Origin: Botryllus schlosseri
Taxonomy: Eukaryota
Assembly (NCBI GenBank): GCA_051294905.1
Contig: CM119371.1
Span: 35,962,001-36,026,000, forward strand
Direction: 5' to 3'
Length of the DNA: 64,000 bases
In this document: one piece after another, positions 39,528 through 52,100 of the stretch
Numbering within the stretch: the first letter of the stretch is position 1
Layout of the letters: every line of letters starts with the position of its first letter
Notes under the pieces: model-generated
Databases searched by the model: none
What the model was told of the DNA's origin: nothing
What the model saw: only the letters and a program-made list of their open reading frames with translations
Translations under genes and position numbers: made by a program

Positions 39528-41419
39528 ATCGTGACGATGCACTGACTTACAATATCACATGCCTATGATTCATAATAACCATCATTCGATCAAAAGTCCC
39601 ATCACTCGGTTTTCGGACTATCGTGGAATATTTGTATGGTACTATTACCAGTAACCTGCAATAATGAATACAAAAAATTTTTGAAGGACAAAGTCACCAA
39701 GAACAGAGGTCTAGAAACTAACGTATCAACAATCAAAACCATGGAGATACTCATGACCTTGCAGAAAGTTGTGTATTTCCCTCGAAATACCTTACACTGA
39801 TACATCAATATCATCGTCGTTGTCACTCTCGATTGAAATATGATACTAACGTCACATTATCTGGGGACAGTATACCCATAAACGATGCAATGAACACTGA
39901 TCACTGCTCAGCTCATCTATCTAGTTCTGCAGTACAGAGGACATGAATCATGCACTAAATAAATAAATCACCGACTGCTATATTTGAGATCAAACAAAGA
40001 TGTAACTTTTACCAATTACGAGCATGCACCCACTGTTTACATCTAGCAAACATTCAATTCGAAGAGATTAGATTGATTTTTATCATACTAAAATGCTAAA
40101 AATCACACGTTTTTATCTGATTCCAAGACCGAGTTACACTATTCATTTCCTAATGGTTTCTAGTACGTATCGATAACACATCCTGAGAAAAAATCATAAT
40201 TCCAAAACACATCATTAAAGTTCACATGTATGACCTAAATTGTGCCATCGAAGCAACAAAAATCCTATCTTAAAAAATAGTGAATAAATTTTAGGTCGTC
40301 GCAATGTCTGTCAAACATCAGAATATCAGTGAATAATATATTCATATTTGAAATAAACATAAATATTTTGGAGTTGACACTATACGAGGGCAATCGTACG
40401 TGTCTGAAAATTAAAAAATAATATGTTTTAACAGTACACATTGATTTCAAAAGCGTTCGACAACAAAATATTACTATCGGGTATACGACCGATCAAGTTT
40501 CAATGGTTGCTAGGCGGGACTATCGAAACTATCATTTTTAAGATATATTTTGTTTTTGATATTTGCTTTATTTCAATAAATTCTGAACGCGAAAGTATCG
40601 TCTCTCACCACGCGAGTCGTTTTATTACAATTAGGAATCGATTCAGATTCGAGTAAACTCGAATCGTGTTGCCCAGTCCGTAGCAATATGCTGTCTCGGT
40701 ACCCCATATTATACCGAATTGATTTGATAACGAGTTCAGCCAGTATTTCCAAAGAGTGACGCGGAGCAGAGGTTTATCTTTGTCAATTATAATCCGTTTA
40801 GGAGAGTAATTAGCCTTTATTACAGTTGATACACCTTCAATTCCCACTCTTGGGATGATTCTGGGCTTCGTAATTGTGGTTTACCTAGGGTTACCATATT
40901 TTGAGATCCACAAGGAAAGTTGTCAAAAATTCTGAAATCTCTAGTACCGAAAAGGAAAACTGATGAATTTGAGAATTTTTCGACTAATAGTGAAAACAAA
41001 GGTCATCATTTTGACTCGACCGCCGAATTACCCGCCTTTACCCAATTTCAGAAGTGCTCACTAAAAAAAGTCATCTGTACCTTCTCTACTCTCGAAATAC
41101 CCTCCGCGTCGTATTTTTCGTTATCTTGCCAACTCTGGCGTTCGCTGCGCCGAAGTCCAGTATTTGATCGCTTTGTAACACTTTTTTCTATAATAAGAGG
41201 GCAAATTCCCGAAATGAGGACATTTAGGCGTCCTCCGCGAGCACATTCAATTTGTTTAAAAAAAAGAACAAATCCTCTTAAAAGAGGACATATGGTAAAG
41301 GCATTGAATGTTTGTCATATTGTTTTGTAACTATTCGCTCGTACTACTGCAGGTAATACCAAAATCTGCTGGTGCATGACCAACTCTGTCGCGCTGAGAT
41401 CCGTATAGGTAATACAAGT

Positions 41420-41538
41420 TCTAGTTTCTAGTCCTTGCCTTAAACACTCCGCCACCACAACACCGAGCTACCGGTGACATTCGAACTCACGACTCCTGGG
41501 TTACGAGATCAGCGCTCTAACCACTGAGCTACGGCGGC
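41420..41538 (-). pseudogene. Degenerate tRNA-Thr(CGT) plus partial tRNA-Ser pair
   Basis: Colinear with 26630-26746 with the 4-nt spacer retained; stem mismatches; Ser 3' half lost. Confidence 0.8.
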
Positions 41539-42475
41539 GGACGTCGAACAGAAGTGCGGAGCTGTTTGCGCTTTTATAAAGTACCAGTCGATGAGATCCC
41601 CTATAACTATATTCATTTGAAGATCATCTTTAGTAAATCTGAACCTATATGCTACATTCCCCCTACAATAATGATTTTAATATGCCTAATGGTCATTGTA
41701 ATATTGTACCATTAACCACGCGGCATCTGCAATAACCGTATTGTTCATTGTTTGCAAGGCGCAGCGGTGATAACATTAGCGTACACTTTTAGCGACAAGA
41801 TGTGTATTACCACCTGTATTCTATCCTGAGCGGCTCTGGCGAACAAGGTCTCCTGGTGAAATCTAACATTGTATCAAAATAAAATATATTCAAGAATATA
41901 TTATAAATATGCCAGGAGATTCGATCTATGGCAACATATTCATGATTGATCTGTTTTCAATGACACCAGGCGTGTTAAGATTAATATCACCGGTAATATA
42001 TTTTCTAGACATATGCGCGCAGATAGGAAGACACCAGGTGCGAAACACCAAAGAAGGTGTACGATATGCAGTGGGAATTTATTGGCATATTTCGGTTGGC
42101 AAAAAATTCGGTTATTGAATTTTGGGTCGGGTTCCCAGGGTATTAGACGTTAAGAAGCAATGTTTTAGGCTGAAATGGATGCTCTCTTGAAAGACTACTT
42201 CAGGTCGTTTCGACTGCATCCAATATCTTCATTTTATGGTAATCTTTTTTGTTTTGAAATGTGATGTATATAGTTTAGAATAAACTGAGCTGGCTGACCC
42301 CAAATTCGGGATTCACATTTCACCTTAATATACCCTCATATTCCCTCATTCTACCAAAATGAGAGGTCAACACCAGCTGTGCAGACCACATATAAGTCGT
42401 TAGCAATCATATCATTTGGAAACCACGAATAAGAGCCAGATGTTGAAATAATAGGAGTATCCGGTATACCTCTGC

Positions 42476-43503
42476 GTTGTCGATAATAACTTCACCAATA
42501 TTCTGCAGTATGGTGATGACACTCTGAATTTCAGTCAGTGATTCCCAACCGCGGTTCCGAGAGCCGCATGCGGCTCCCAGCTAGCCTTCTTGTGGCTTCC
42601 ACTGAAGATTGAAAATGCCACAACAATATTACAAAATCAATTTGCAACAAAAAGATAAAATTCATATTAAGAAATTACCCCTGCTTGGCTTGGAGTCTGG
42701 GGTTTATAAATAAGGATGGAGACCAATTCCTGTGCTGCCGAGTAGCGATTCTTTAATCAAAAACTCGCGCCAAAAGCATACTCTCACTCATATGCGCTTG
42801 GATCGGCATTCAAATTTGAGTCGGCTCACCACCAGATTTAAGTGCAAATGGTGTTACAAGACATTTTCCAACGGTATCTGACCTTAAAACCAACGGATCA
42901 TTTGATGCACACAACATGCTTATCAGCAACTTTATTGATGGGTTCAATCGCCGCATTGACGGAATGAATGTTTTCTACCCATAATGAAAAGGTTTTCAAA
43001 TCTTATTGCAGTTAATGTGGTCACTGCCCTTGGTAATTATAAACTTGAGCTGCTAGACATGTAGTCGGATATCGAGCTCAAGGAATCATTTAAACTGAAG
43101 ACTTACTTGAATACTTTAGCTAAGTTACTGAGGGAAAGTATCTTAACGTAATCAACCAATGCGCCCAGAAAAACGATTTTCTATTTTGATCAACTTTTAT
43201 GTTATAGCAAAATGGCCAGAATCGAAAATCAATATGGCAATGGATTGAGCGATGACCAGTTCAGGCAGCTGCTGCGTGGTGCATTCTCTGCAACTGCGCA
43301 TCGATTTGACACACATCTTGAAGTTCAAAGCCAATGCCAAGCTGGACATTAAATTGATGCGTGCGTAATTGATGCGTTGCTGCGTGCTTTCATGCTTTAT
43401 AATTTGTGTTATACCTAATGAGTGTATTCGTGCGGCTGTACAGGTAGGCCCACTCTGAAATTTAAAATGCGGCTCAGACACCAAAACAGGTTGGGAACCA
43501 CCG
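42476..43503. mobile_element. hAT-type non-autonomous element
   Basis: cagtgattcccaacc / ggttgggaaccaccg; internal sequence similar to ~36080-36580. Confidence 0.65.
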
Positions 43504-43560
43504 CTCTAAGCCTAGGCGATATGATTGGTAGCGTACATGATACCGAGATTTAGATCCTAC

Positions 43561-44491
43561 CAGTGTTGGGATCAAGTCACTACCTTCGAGTCACGAGTCA
43601 TTTCGAGTCATTGCACATTTTGACTCGAGTCAAGTCAAGTCAATCGATTTTCAAAGGTGACTCGAGTCAAGTCAAGTCACTCGATTTTCAGAGGTGACTC
43701 GAGTCAAGTCGAGTCAAGTCAAGTCAAGTCACGAGTCAAGTCACAATTCAAGTCAAATTGCCTTTTCGAAGTATGAGGCATGATAACGTCATTGCATTTT
43801 GCTAGCTGTCTAAAATACAGATTGAGTGGTGATTGATTTTGAACCGATGAACGAATATAAAGTTAAATATACATGCAAGAAGGCGCTGTATCGCTCACAT
43901 ATACGTAGAACTGCTAAACCTCAGTTTATAGTTATCAGCCAAGATAGAGAATAGATACGAATTGATAAGATGCAATAAATTACGCATTTACAAATCGATA
44001 TGATCCAATTCGAGCCTGCGCCAATGGTTGAGGACTATATAAACTATATTCGAATTCAGTTTCAATAAAACAAGAAGTTTAGCTAAGGTAAAACAGAACA
44101 GAAATTACTTTAATATACTAGTTTACGACAACGTAAGCTGTAAGCTTCGATCACTTCGTTTGCGGTCAATGTATTTGTGAGAGAACAATGGAGGCTCCGT
44201 AAAAGGCACGTTTATTAATTGATTGGTCGCTCTCACGGGTTACACCAGCGTTTCGCGAACAATCCGAACATCTGCAAGATGCATTGATTTTGATCGACAC
44301 CTATTACTTGATGACTTGAAATTGACTCGTGAATTTTGCTCCGAGTCACGAGTCAATCCCCATTTCTGATAGGCCGAGTCAAGTCAAGTCAAGTCATTTT
44401 AGCAAAGTGACTCGAGTCAAGTCAAGTCATACGAAAAAGGTGACTCGAGTCTGACCCGAGTCAAGTCATGACTCGAGTCATCCCAACACTG
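43561..44491. mobile_element. hAT-type MITE with GAGTCAAGTC repeats
   Basis: cagtgttgggat / atcccaacactg; exact TSD gatcctac. Confidence 0.88.
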
Positions 44492-45794
44492 GATCCTACC
44501 CTAAATCTTTTTGTATGGCGACAACTTATTTTTATTGAATACTAAATTACATGCGACCCGCGAAATACCTATATACTCGGGTCGTTACTTAGCTGCAGAG
44601 CAAAGTCATATTGTTACTAGACCATTAGACCAGTGTTACTTTATTCTTTGGAAGGCACCGCATAGGCCGCAATCACCATACCATCACATTCACCATTCCT
44701 CGAATCCTTTGCAGTTAGAAAATATTATTTACCTATAGCAGACTAGTCATGAACGAAATGGATGAAATGAATCTCTATGAAAGCTAGCTGTTATACTGCT
44801 TCCAAATAAGTAAATCAAGTCAGGGTGCTGGAAACCCCTTAAAGTCAGTAGTAAAGACGAAAATTGGCATGTTTTAGAACAACAGCAGCGCACTGACAGA
44901 AACGAGGCATTACAATTGAGTTGCTATTCATCTGGACGAAGTTACGTATATACAAGTCGTTCTCAGTTGTAATCCGGTGGAACACTAGGGTTTCTCTGAG
45001 CTAATATCAAGGGATCTCTGGAGGTAAAGAAACATACCTCACTCGCACATATGACATGCGATGATACGGCCGTCTTGGCTATCATATTGGTTGCAGGTAA
45101 ATAGGCATGACCAGTAGGCCTAGTCGATTTGTCACTTTTGTGATGGTACGCCGTGTGCAGTGGCGTATAGGCAGGAGAGGTTGGGTTTCGACATAGTAAC
45201 CCAGTCCTTCTGAAAAGCCAATTCTATCTCCGAAATTTATAAGCTCACTGGTAAATAAGCAATGTGTATTCGTGCTATTGCGTTTTGACCGCATTTCAAA
45301 ACTGGTATCTTAACTGAACAGTAAAAGTGACACTGATTCGTAATAGATATTCCTTATGATGCTGTCGTTTTATGTGAAAATTAAAATTTATAGACTTTGT
45401 TCTTTTGGGAATCTGTTGATACCGTTAATTTCTCACGCCAGCAATATAAATCAACGTATTAGATGTGTATTGTGATTATGTTTGTCATTTTACCTCAACG
45501 AAAATTTGGGGTTACGCGAAGGCTTGCAGATTGACGTAGGTATATTCCCGGGGTTATCAAATGAGAACGAACACAACTTTATATATAATGTCAATACAAC
45601 TTGCAAATCAAGTTTGATTTGATCTTCATGTAAAGTTGGATGGTGAGACAAAATATCATTATTTGAATTAGGCGTGGTAGGGAAGTGTTTGGTAACCAAT
45701 CAACTATAGTACAAGAAACGGAAAACGAATTTGTCAAAATATTGTAATGATTATGCCAACAAAAATGTACAATTTTCACCGCAAATATGACAGG

Positions 45795-45987
45795 CAATGT
45801 TCCCTCTAAGCTGCGCACGTGCGCAAATGCGCAGTGCTTTCACGGTCTCTGCGCACAGAAAATCCAAGTTGCGCGGAAAAAATCTGAAGTGATGACCTTT
45901 TTTATAGTCGTTACGCACTTTTTCCTGGGGTCTGCGCAGTGAGTTGGCGAGTTTGCGCAGACTTGTAAAAAATTAGAGGGAACATTG
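45795..45987. mobile_element. hAT-type MITE (same family as 39344-39527, opposite orientation)
   Basis: caatgttccctc / gagggaacattg; TSD atgacagg / atgatagg. Confidence 0.82.
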
Positions 45988-46062
45988 ATGATAGGTACAA
46001 TTCGAAGTAGCGCAGCGTGTGTGAGCGAAGGAATTTGTAATCGTATCGTAGATATGTACAAT

Positions 46063-47691
46063 CTATATCTTCACAATAGCAGATTTGTAAATTTCAAAAC
46101 ATTGCTCTGAATTTGGTTTCACTCTAATCCATTTGTCATTTGATATATCGTACTTTTCAAAAACATTGGAGGTTTCGAAATCTGATACTGTAAAAATCCA
46201 GTTGTCAATGTGATAAGCAGAAACATAATCATGTCCAGCATTCATAGAAGACAATGAAGTCCACTGAGCGGAAGGAACATCATAACATTCTACATTGTTT
46301 AATTTTTCCCCTCTCCTCTTTCCACCGATCACAAATATCTTTGCGTTTACTGCCACAACACCACCCTTGCACACGGGAAATCTCATTGGTTGGAGGTCAA
46401 CCCACTCTGAGGAGGATGGAGTGAATCTGCAGAATGAAGAAACGGTGGTACCATCTTTTCCTCTACCTCCGATACAATAGATGGAATTGTGCAATGATAC
46501 AGGACTTGCATATTTAATTGCTGTAGGTTTGTCTTTCAGTTGAACCCATTGATTTGCGGAGGAATGAAATGTCTCCACAGCCCGCGATGTATTCGGCAAA
46601 CTTCCTCCGATGACGAATATAGACCCTGACAAGGATACTGAGCGGGGATATTCACCGTGGTCGCTAATCATATCATTCATAGTTTCCCATTTTGAATTTC
46701 TGATCTGAAAGTTTAGTCGGTGGACTGATTTATCCTGACATAGAACATAAATGTATGAGTCGTTAGCAATGGTACCGAAACGTTTTAAATGCTTGAACTT
46801 TTCATCATGGAACTTCTCTAGTTCCTCAGTTATTGTATTGAAGGATCGGATACAATCCGTGTCATCATCAAAAAGAATTATTGATTCATGTTTGTCAATT
46901 TCTTCCTCCGTTTTTTCCGGTCTCCTCGCAGCTTTCAGAAGATGCTGATTGATGAATTTGTATAACGCCAAGTCGTTGCTGATAATTGAATCAGTTTCCA
47001 ATAGATGCTGCAAAAATGCCGCGGAGATTTCATCGAATTTTATTACTTCAAGACATTCATGAAAATTCAATTTCTTATTCTGATTATAGTCAATCCACTT
47101 TAGAGAAAGGATTAGCTTATATTTGTCGCATATTTTGGAGTTCCTGGACTTCAAAATTGCGAGAATGTGGTTTTTCCCAACATTTCCAAATTCAGGTTGG
47201 TTTGAGATTTCCATGATATTTTGATGAAAGAATACTTCGCATTTCGCGGAAACAGTGTTCAGCCCATACATATCCGCAACAGTCCTCGTAGAGAAATAAT
47301 TGTCTACAGAAATTGATTCCTCTAAAATATCAGAAACTGCATGTTTCACATCTTCCAACTGCATAAGAATTGCGACGTGAAGAAGATCGGTTATATTTTC
47401 ATCATAAATCTCAAATTTACCCGAATATATAAAATCAATACAGTTTTTGACACATTCCGAATCCACATCTTTGAAAACGACTCTTCCTTCACGACTTTCT
47501 TTCGTGTCGTGTTTCAACATGGCCTTGAAATAATCCGAACCAGCCGACAATACATTTTTGTGGGTGCGATAGACATCATCTCCGACTTGAACTATGAAAT
47601 CACAATGATCATTTTCCAGTTTCATTTGATGCAATTCTTCCATCATCTTCACTGCATGTTTCTCTACACTAGGACATATCACGTGCACCAT
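46063..47691 (-). CDS. Kelch-like protein (BTB-BACK-Kelch), 542 aa, paralog of 37598-39226
   Basis: Same length, gap-free alignment and domain motifs as the other Kelch ORF. Confidence 0.93.
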   Translation of the reverse strand: MVHVICPSVEKHAVKMMEELHQMKLENDHCDFIVQVGDDVYRTHKNVLSAGSDYFKAMLKHDTKESREGRVVFKDVDSECVKNCIDFIYSGKFEIYDENITDLLHVAILMQLEDVKHAVSDILEESISVDNYFSTRTVADMYGLNTVSAKCEVFFHQNIMEISNQPEFGNVGKNHILAILKSRNSKICDKYKLILSLKWIDYNQNKKLNFHECLEVIKFDEISAAFLQHLLETDSIISNDLALYKFINQHLLKAARRPEKTEEEIDKHESIILFDDDTDCIRSFNTITEELEKFHDEKFKHLKRFGTIANDSYIYVLCQDKSVHRLNFQIRNSKWETMNDMISDHGEYPRSVSLSGSIFVIGGSLPNTSRAVETFHSSANQWVQLKDKPTAIKYASPVSLHNSIYCIGGRGKDGTTVSSFCRFTPSSSEWVDLQPMRFPVCKGGVVAVNAKIFVIGGKRRGEKLNNVECYDVPSAQWTSLSSMNAGHDYVSAYHIDNWIFTVSDFETSNVFEKYDISNDKWIRVKPNSEQCFEIYKSAIVKI

Positions 47692-48077
47692 AATTAACGG
47701 TTATAAATTATATACTTGATGTAGGGCTGTCATAACAAGTTATCACAGGTAATATAAAATGACGCCCAAGCATATAAGCCAGGGGTGTCAAACTTAAATT
47801 GCGTCGCGGGCCGGATTCAAGCCTTGAAATCGTTCGCTGGCCGGATCAGTCAACTGATTCCAAAATAATACCTCATGTCATTGCTTCGCACTCGAATATT
47901 ATAATACATCAAGTATAGGCCTATAAAGATACTACACGTAGGGTTACATTTAAAACAAAAATCAGTTAAAAACAAACATGTTTAAAACGTGTTTTTATGG
48001 CCATTTATTGTTTTGTTTTTAAGCCATGACAGTAGTTAGTATGATCGCTCGTGGTGTTCAATTGTTTCTTATGGGCC

Positions 48078-48486
48078 TGCTCGACCGGTGCCGCGAAACT
48101 CGTGTTGAACCGGTGACCCTTTTGACCCCCATCCCCCCTTTCGCTCGACCGGTGCCTGGGTTAGTATAGGCATCTCTCGCACGGTAACCCTTTTCGGTAT
48201 AGGGATCGCTCAACCAGTACCTCGAAACTCGTGCTGAACCAGTGACCCTTTTGACGCCGCTTTCGCTTAACCGGTGCCTGGGCTACTGTAGGCATCTCGA
48301 ATTGGGATCGCTCAACCGGTGCCGCGTATTTACAGACCCCGTATCGCTCAACCGGTGCCATTGTTTCTGGCCGAGCTCGCGACCTGCCTGTCATGTATTC
48401 TTACGCGATCTCTGGTGATTCGCCATGTGTTCTTATGGTTGCGTTGGCATGTCGTACTTTCGGGTATAGGCATCTCTCCACCGGTG
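48078..48486. repeat. Array of (CGCTCA)ACCGGTG motifs with a ~130-bp higher-order duplication
   Basis: About nine accggtg-type motifs; block gaaactcgtg...gacccttttgac...gcctggg...taggcatctc occurs twice. Confidence 0.7.
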
Positions 48487-48851
48487 TTGAATATGTATCA
48501 GGTATGGTAAATAGTCACGTGATTGGTCCTTAGTTAATGTGTATATTCCAAATTATTATATATGACCGATTCCAGGTAATCCTAACGTTAACGTTGAATG
48601 CGACTTCAATATATCGTTATTCTTATGGACGCGGCGACATGGTAACGTAGCTGATATATACCTGGCATTATGATAGCGTTACGGTATAATGATCGGTCAC
48701 ACGGTTCTACATGAATACGTCATAGTTTAATCGTGACAAATGGCCGATCGACTCAAGTCTTTTCTCGCTGTCTATTCATTCGTATGTAACCTGAATTTTT
48801 TGTTTGTAATATTTTATTTCGGCAACATTCATGGAAAGAAATATGCACGTT

Positions 48852-49117
48852 TGTTTTTGGGTATTCATGGTGTTTGTCGACTACTGTGGTCATTTACACC
48901 AGGCCGATATTCTTTGTATTTTCCGTAACTGCCGACTTATAGCACGGCCCACCTCTAGGCTTTTTTAAGACACCGCTGACGCGGATGAGGTGGCGAGGAG
49001 GAGCCTAGGTAAACCACCAACACTTAGATATCGGAATTCGGAAGTCGACCTCGGTCGGACTCGAACCCGCACCCATTGGTGTTGTAGCCGCGGATTATAC
49101 CACTGCGCTATCTCGCC
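48852..49117 (-). mobile_element. Full-length tRNA-derived SINE
   Basis: 5' GGCGAGATAGCGCAGTGG (A box), GGTTCGAGTCC (B box), A/C-rich tail, exact 9-bp TSD atgcacgtt (48843-48851 and 49118-49126). Confidence 0.88.
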
Positions 49118-49145
49118 ATGCACGTTGAAATAAATACAGTCGCGA

Positions 49146-52100
49146 CTTCGGTCACCTTGTGAAAATGCAGAACATAATCACAGAACAATACCCGCCATTT
49201 GCGGTGACGGGGAAAAAGATTTTATTTTACGAAAAATAAATGGCGAAAAATCACATACAAGAAATGCGATATTAATTAACATGGGCCAGAGAAGACATGG
49301 CCAGTTCGCCCGGGGACAGGGGGCACCAACAAACAAAGGCCTCCACCAAAAACACACAATATATGTGGTGGAGGCCGACATACAACACAAAAAATACAGG
49401 GGCGAACTGGCGAGGTCCGACTGCAGGCATTATCATAATAGTTGTGGTGGTGAAAATCGAAAAATAATATTAGTCGTCATGAAGTGGGGGAACTCCTCCC
49501 CTTAGCATTTGGAACCGCACGGGAACTACAATCAAAACTAAAACAACACAGGGGTCCACTTATGTTAATTTGGGGAGGAGTTCCGTGAATCAATCCAGTG
49601 TCCAGTTGCCTGCAGTCGAACCCCGTGATGGCTAGCGGGCTAAGCTAATAACCAAAAACACAAAACACATAACAAATAAAAAGCACGTGAAGGGGGGGGA
49701 TCAAGTCCTCTCGTGGTCCCGCACACTACACCAAGCCTTCCAGACACGATGAGAGCCGCGCTGAGAAGCGACCACGGCTCGCTCGGAGACCAGTCTGGAC
49801 TCGAAGACCGAAACACCCATCGCACGTAAGGTGGTCAGGTTCCCGGGGTGGTAACTCCCCAGGGACCCGACCGCGAACGTGTGCATCTCCACCACCTTGG
49901 CCGTGGCAACGCGGAGAGACTCACAGAGGTCCTTGTACTTTGCGTGTTTCAGTGCAACGGCAGCGTCCATACTGGCTACCCCATTCTCGAAGGGGCACAC
50001 CACATCGATGACTAAGACCCGGCGACGATCCGCTAGGATGAGGTCGGGCCTCAGCCGCCTGTTGGCCAATGTGGCGTGCTCCTCGCAAACGCGGTCCACA
50101 TCGCATCTGAAAAAAGAAGAAGAGCTTGGAATACAATCCAGGAGCACCCCAAGTACCGAATTGTGCCTGTTCGTGATGCTATCCATCACTGGCAGGCAGT
50201 GGTTCAGTACGTGGGGCAGGGTCTCAGTATGCTGTCCGCACTTGCAGCAGACCACACTTGGCTCCACACGTTTTCTAAACCGACCCCGGATCGACCGGAG
50301 CGGCAGAAGATTCAGTCGAGCTTTAAGCATCCAGCTACGCTCGACTGCCGTCAGGACGTTGGAAGACCGGAGGAAGCGATTGGAGCTCCCGTACCGGCTG
50401 TGGCACTCCACAGTTTTACCCTGGTCGGGAAGCTCCCTCCACCGTGTCTTCCAACGTTGGTTCACCTTCAGGTGAAGGAATTTGGTTAAACGACCCAAAT
50501 CCTGACAGCAGTCGGCGCCTAGAGCCAACTGGTAGAGCCCGTCCTCGGTCACGAACCAGCGAGCACCGAGACGCCTAGCAACGGGTCGGACCTCGGTCCA
50601 AAGCCCGTAGGCGTCTCCGTACGCCCTGGAATCGTGCCCTGTTAGACTCACGCAGTTCAAGAACTCGACTGTCAGGGTCTCCGACGCCTCTGGGACTCGG
50701 CAAGTCCTCCGGACGACCAGCGCCAACCTTCCACGCGCAACCGCCCGCACAGAGGGGTCAGTGGAATTGACCATTTTGACGGCCTGGGAAAGCCTCAACA
50801 CATCTGCTTCGCAGCAGAGGTTGGGAATCCCCAGACCGCCAGTCGTCAGCCCAGCATGGAAGAAGGGCTGACACGCTCTGTTAGGGAGGCGGAATTCCGC
50901 CTTCACCAACGTGCGGATACGCGCATCCAGGCGACGCAGATCGCTTCGGTAGAACTTGCGGATTCTCAACTGAAAAAGGATTCTTGGAATAACGAACCTC
51001 TTCAGTGCGAGCAGCTTCTGAAATGAGGTGAGATGTGACAGAAAAAGTCTGTCACAATAGGCCTCGAAAGTTTTAAGGGCCTTCTCACCTTTCTCGGTTG
51101 CCTGGTAACCCATGTTCTTGCCCAGGTATCGCCAGAAAGAGTCACGATCGAGGACCCGGACCTCGCCACCATCAAGGCAGAACGGGGCCGAGTCCACGAT
51201 CGATCGGCTTCCCTTGAACCCCAAGGCAAGAACACGACACTTGGCGGGCTTGAACTTCATACCAGACCACCGAGAAAATTCATCGCACAGATCTATTGTG
51301 CTTGAAGCTGGACGAGAGACGAAGCACACAGACAGGTGTCATCTGCGTAACCCTGAACTCTGACAGTGACGCCATCCGCCGCAGAAAACCGATAACCGCT
51401 GCTTTGAAGCCCAGCAACGCCACGCAGGAGAACCTCCATGACCAGGTTGAAGGTGATGGCCGATAAAGGGCATCCTTGACGGACACCCTTCCCCGCTGGA
51501 CTGGGGTCTGTCGGACCAGAGCTGGTCGCGACTGCAAACACGTTAGACGCGTAGATATCGGTCATCACCTCCACCAGATACTCCGGGGCGTTAAAGTGCT
51601 TCAGGACCTCGATCACGGATCCATGCCGAACGGTACCGAATGCATTGCGGATGTCAAGCCAGGCAAGATAAATACCCTGCCTTGACGACTTGGCATCCGC
51701 AAGCAAGGACTCAAGCATGAACACGTGCTCGAAGACCCCCTCTCGCGGAACAAACCCCTTTTGTTCCATGGAGATAACATCTCCATCGGAAGCCCAGCTC
51801 TGAAGACGACGAGCGATTACGGACGCGTAGATCTTGTACAGCGTCCTGGATAGCGCGATGGGTCTCCAGTTGCCGACGTCTTGCATGTCGCCGTCGCGGT
51901 CCTTTGGAATCAGGATTACCCGCGACGAGCGCCATACAAGTGGGATACGTCGACAACGCCTACAGATTTCGAAAAGCTCAGAGAGGATTTCTCCCATGGG
52001 GTCTAAGCGTTTCCAAAATCCATAGGTGAGACCATCGGAGCCTGGCGAACTACTGGTGTTTAGGGTCGCCAGCACTCCTGCTACCTCTGATGGAGTAATC

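Noticed and set aside
48078..48486. CRISPR-like array
   Set aside because: Repeats are short and degenerate, the spacers are themselves duplicated, no cas genes are present, and the context is eukaryotic
48950..49020. HDV-like or twister ribozyme in the SINE (CCUCCUCGC)
   Set aside because: Could not build the required nested helices or catalytic junction
49879..50489. Plus-strand ORFs of 198 and 137 aa
   Set aside because: Antisense shadows of the GC-rich retrotransposon ORF
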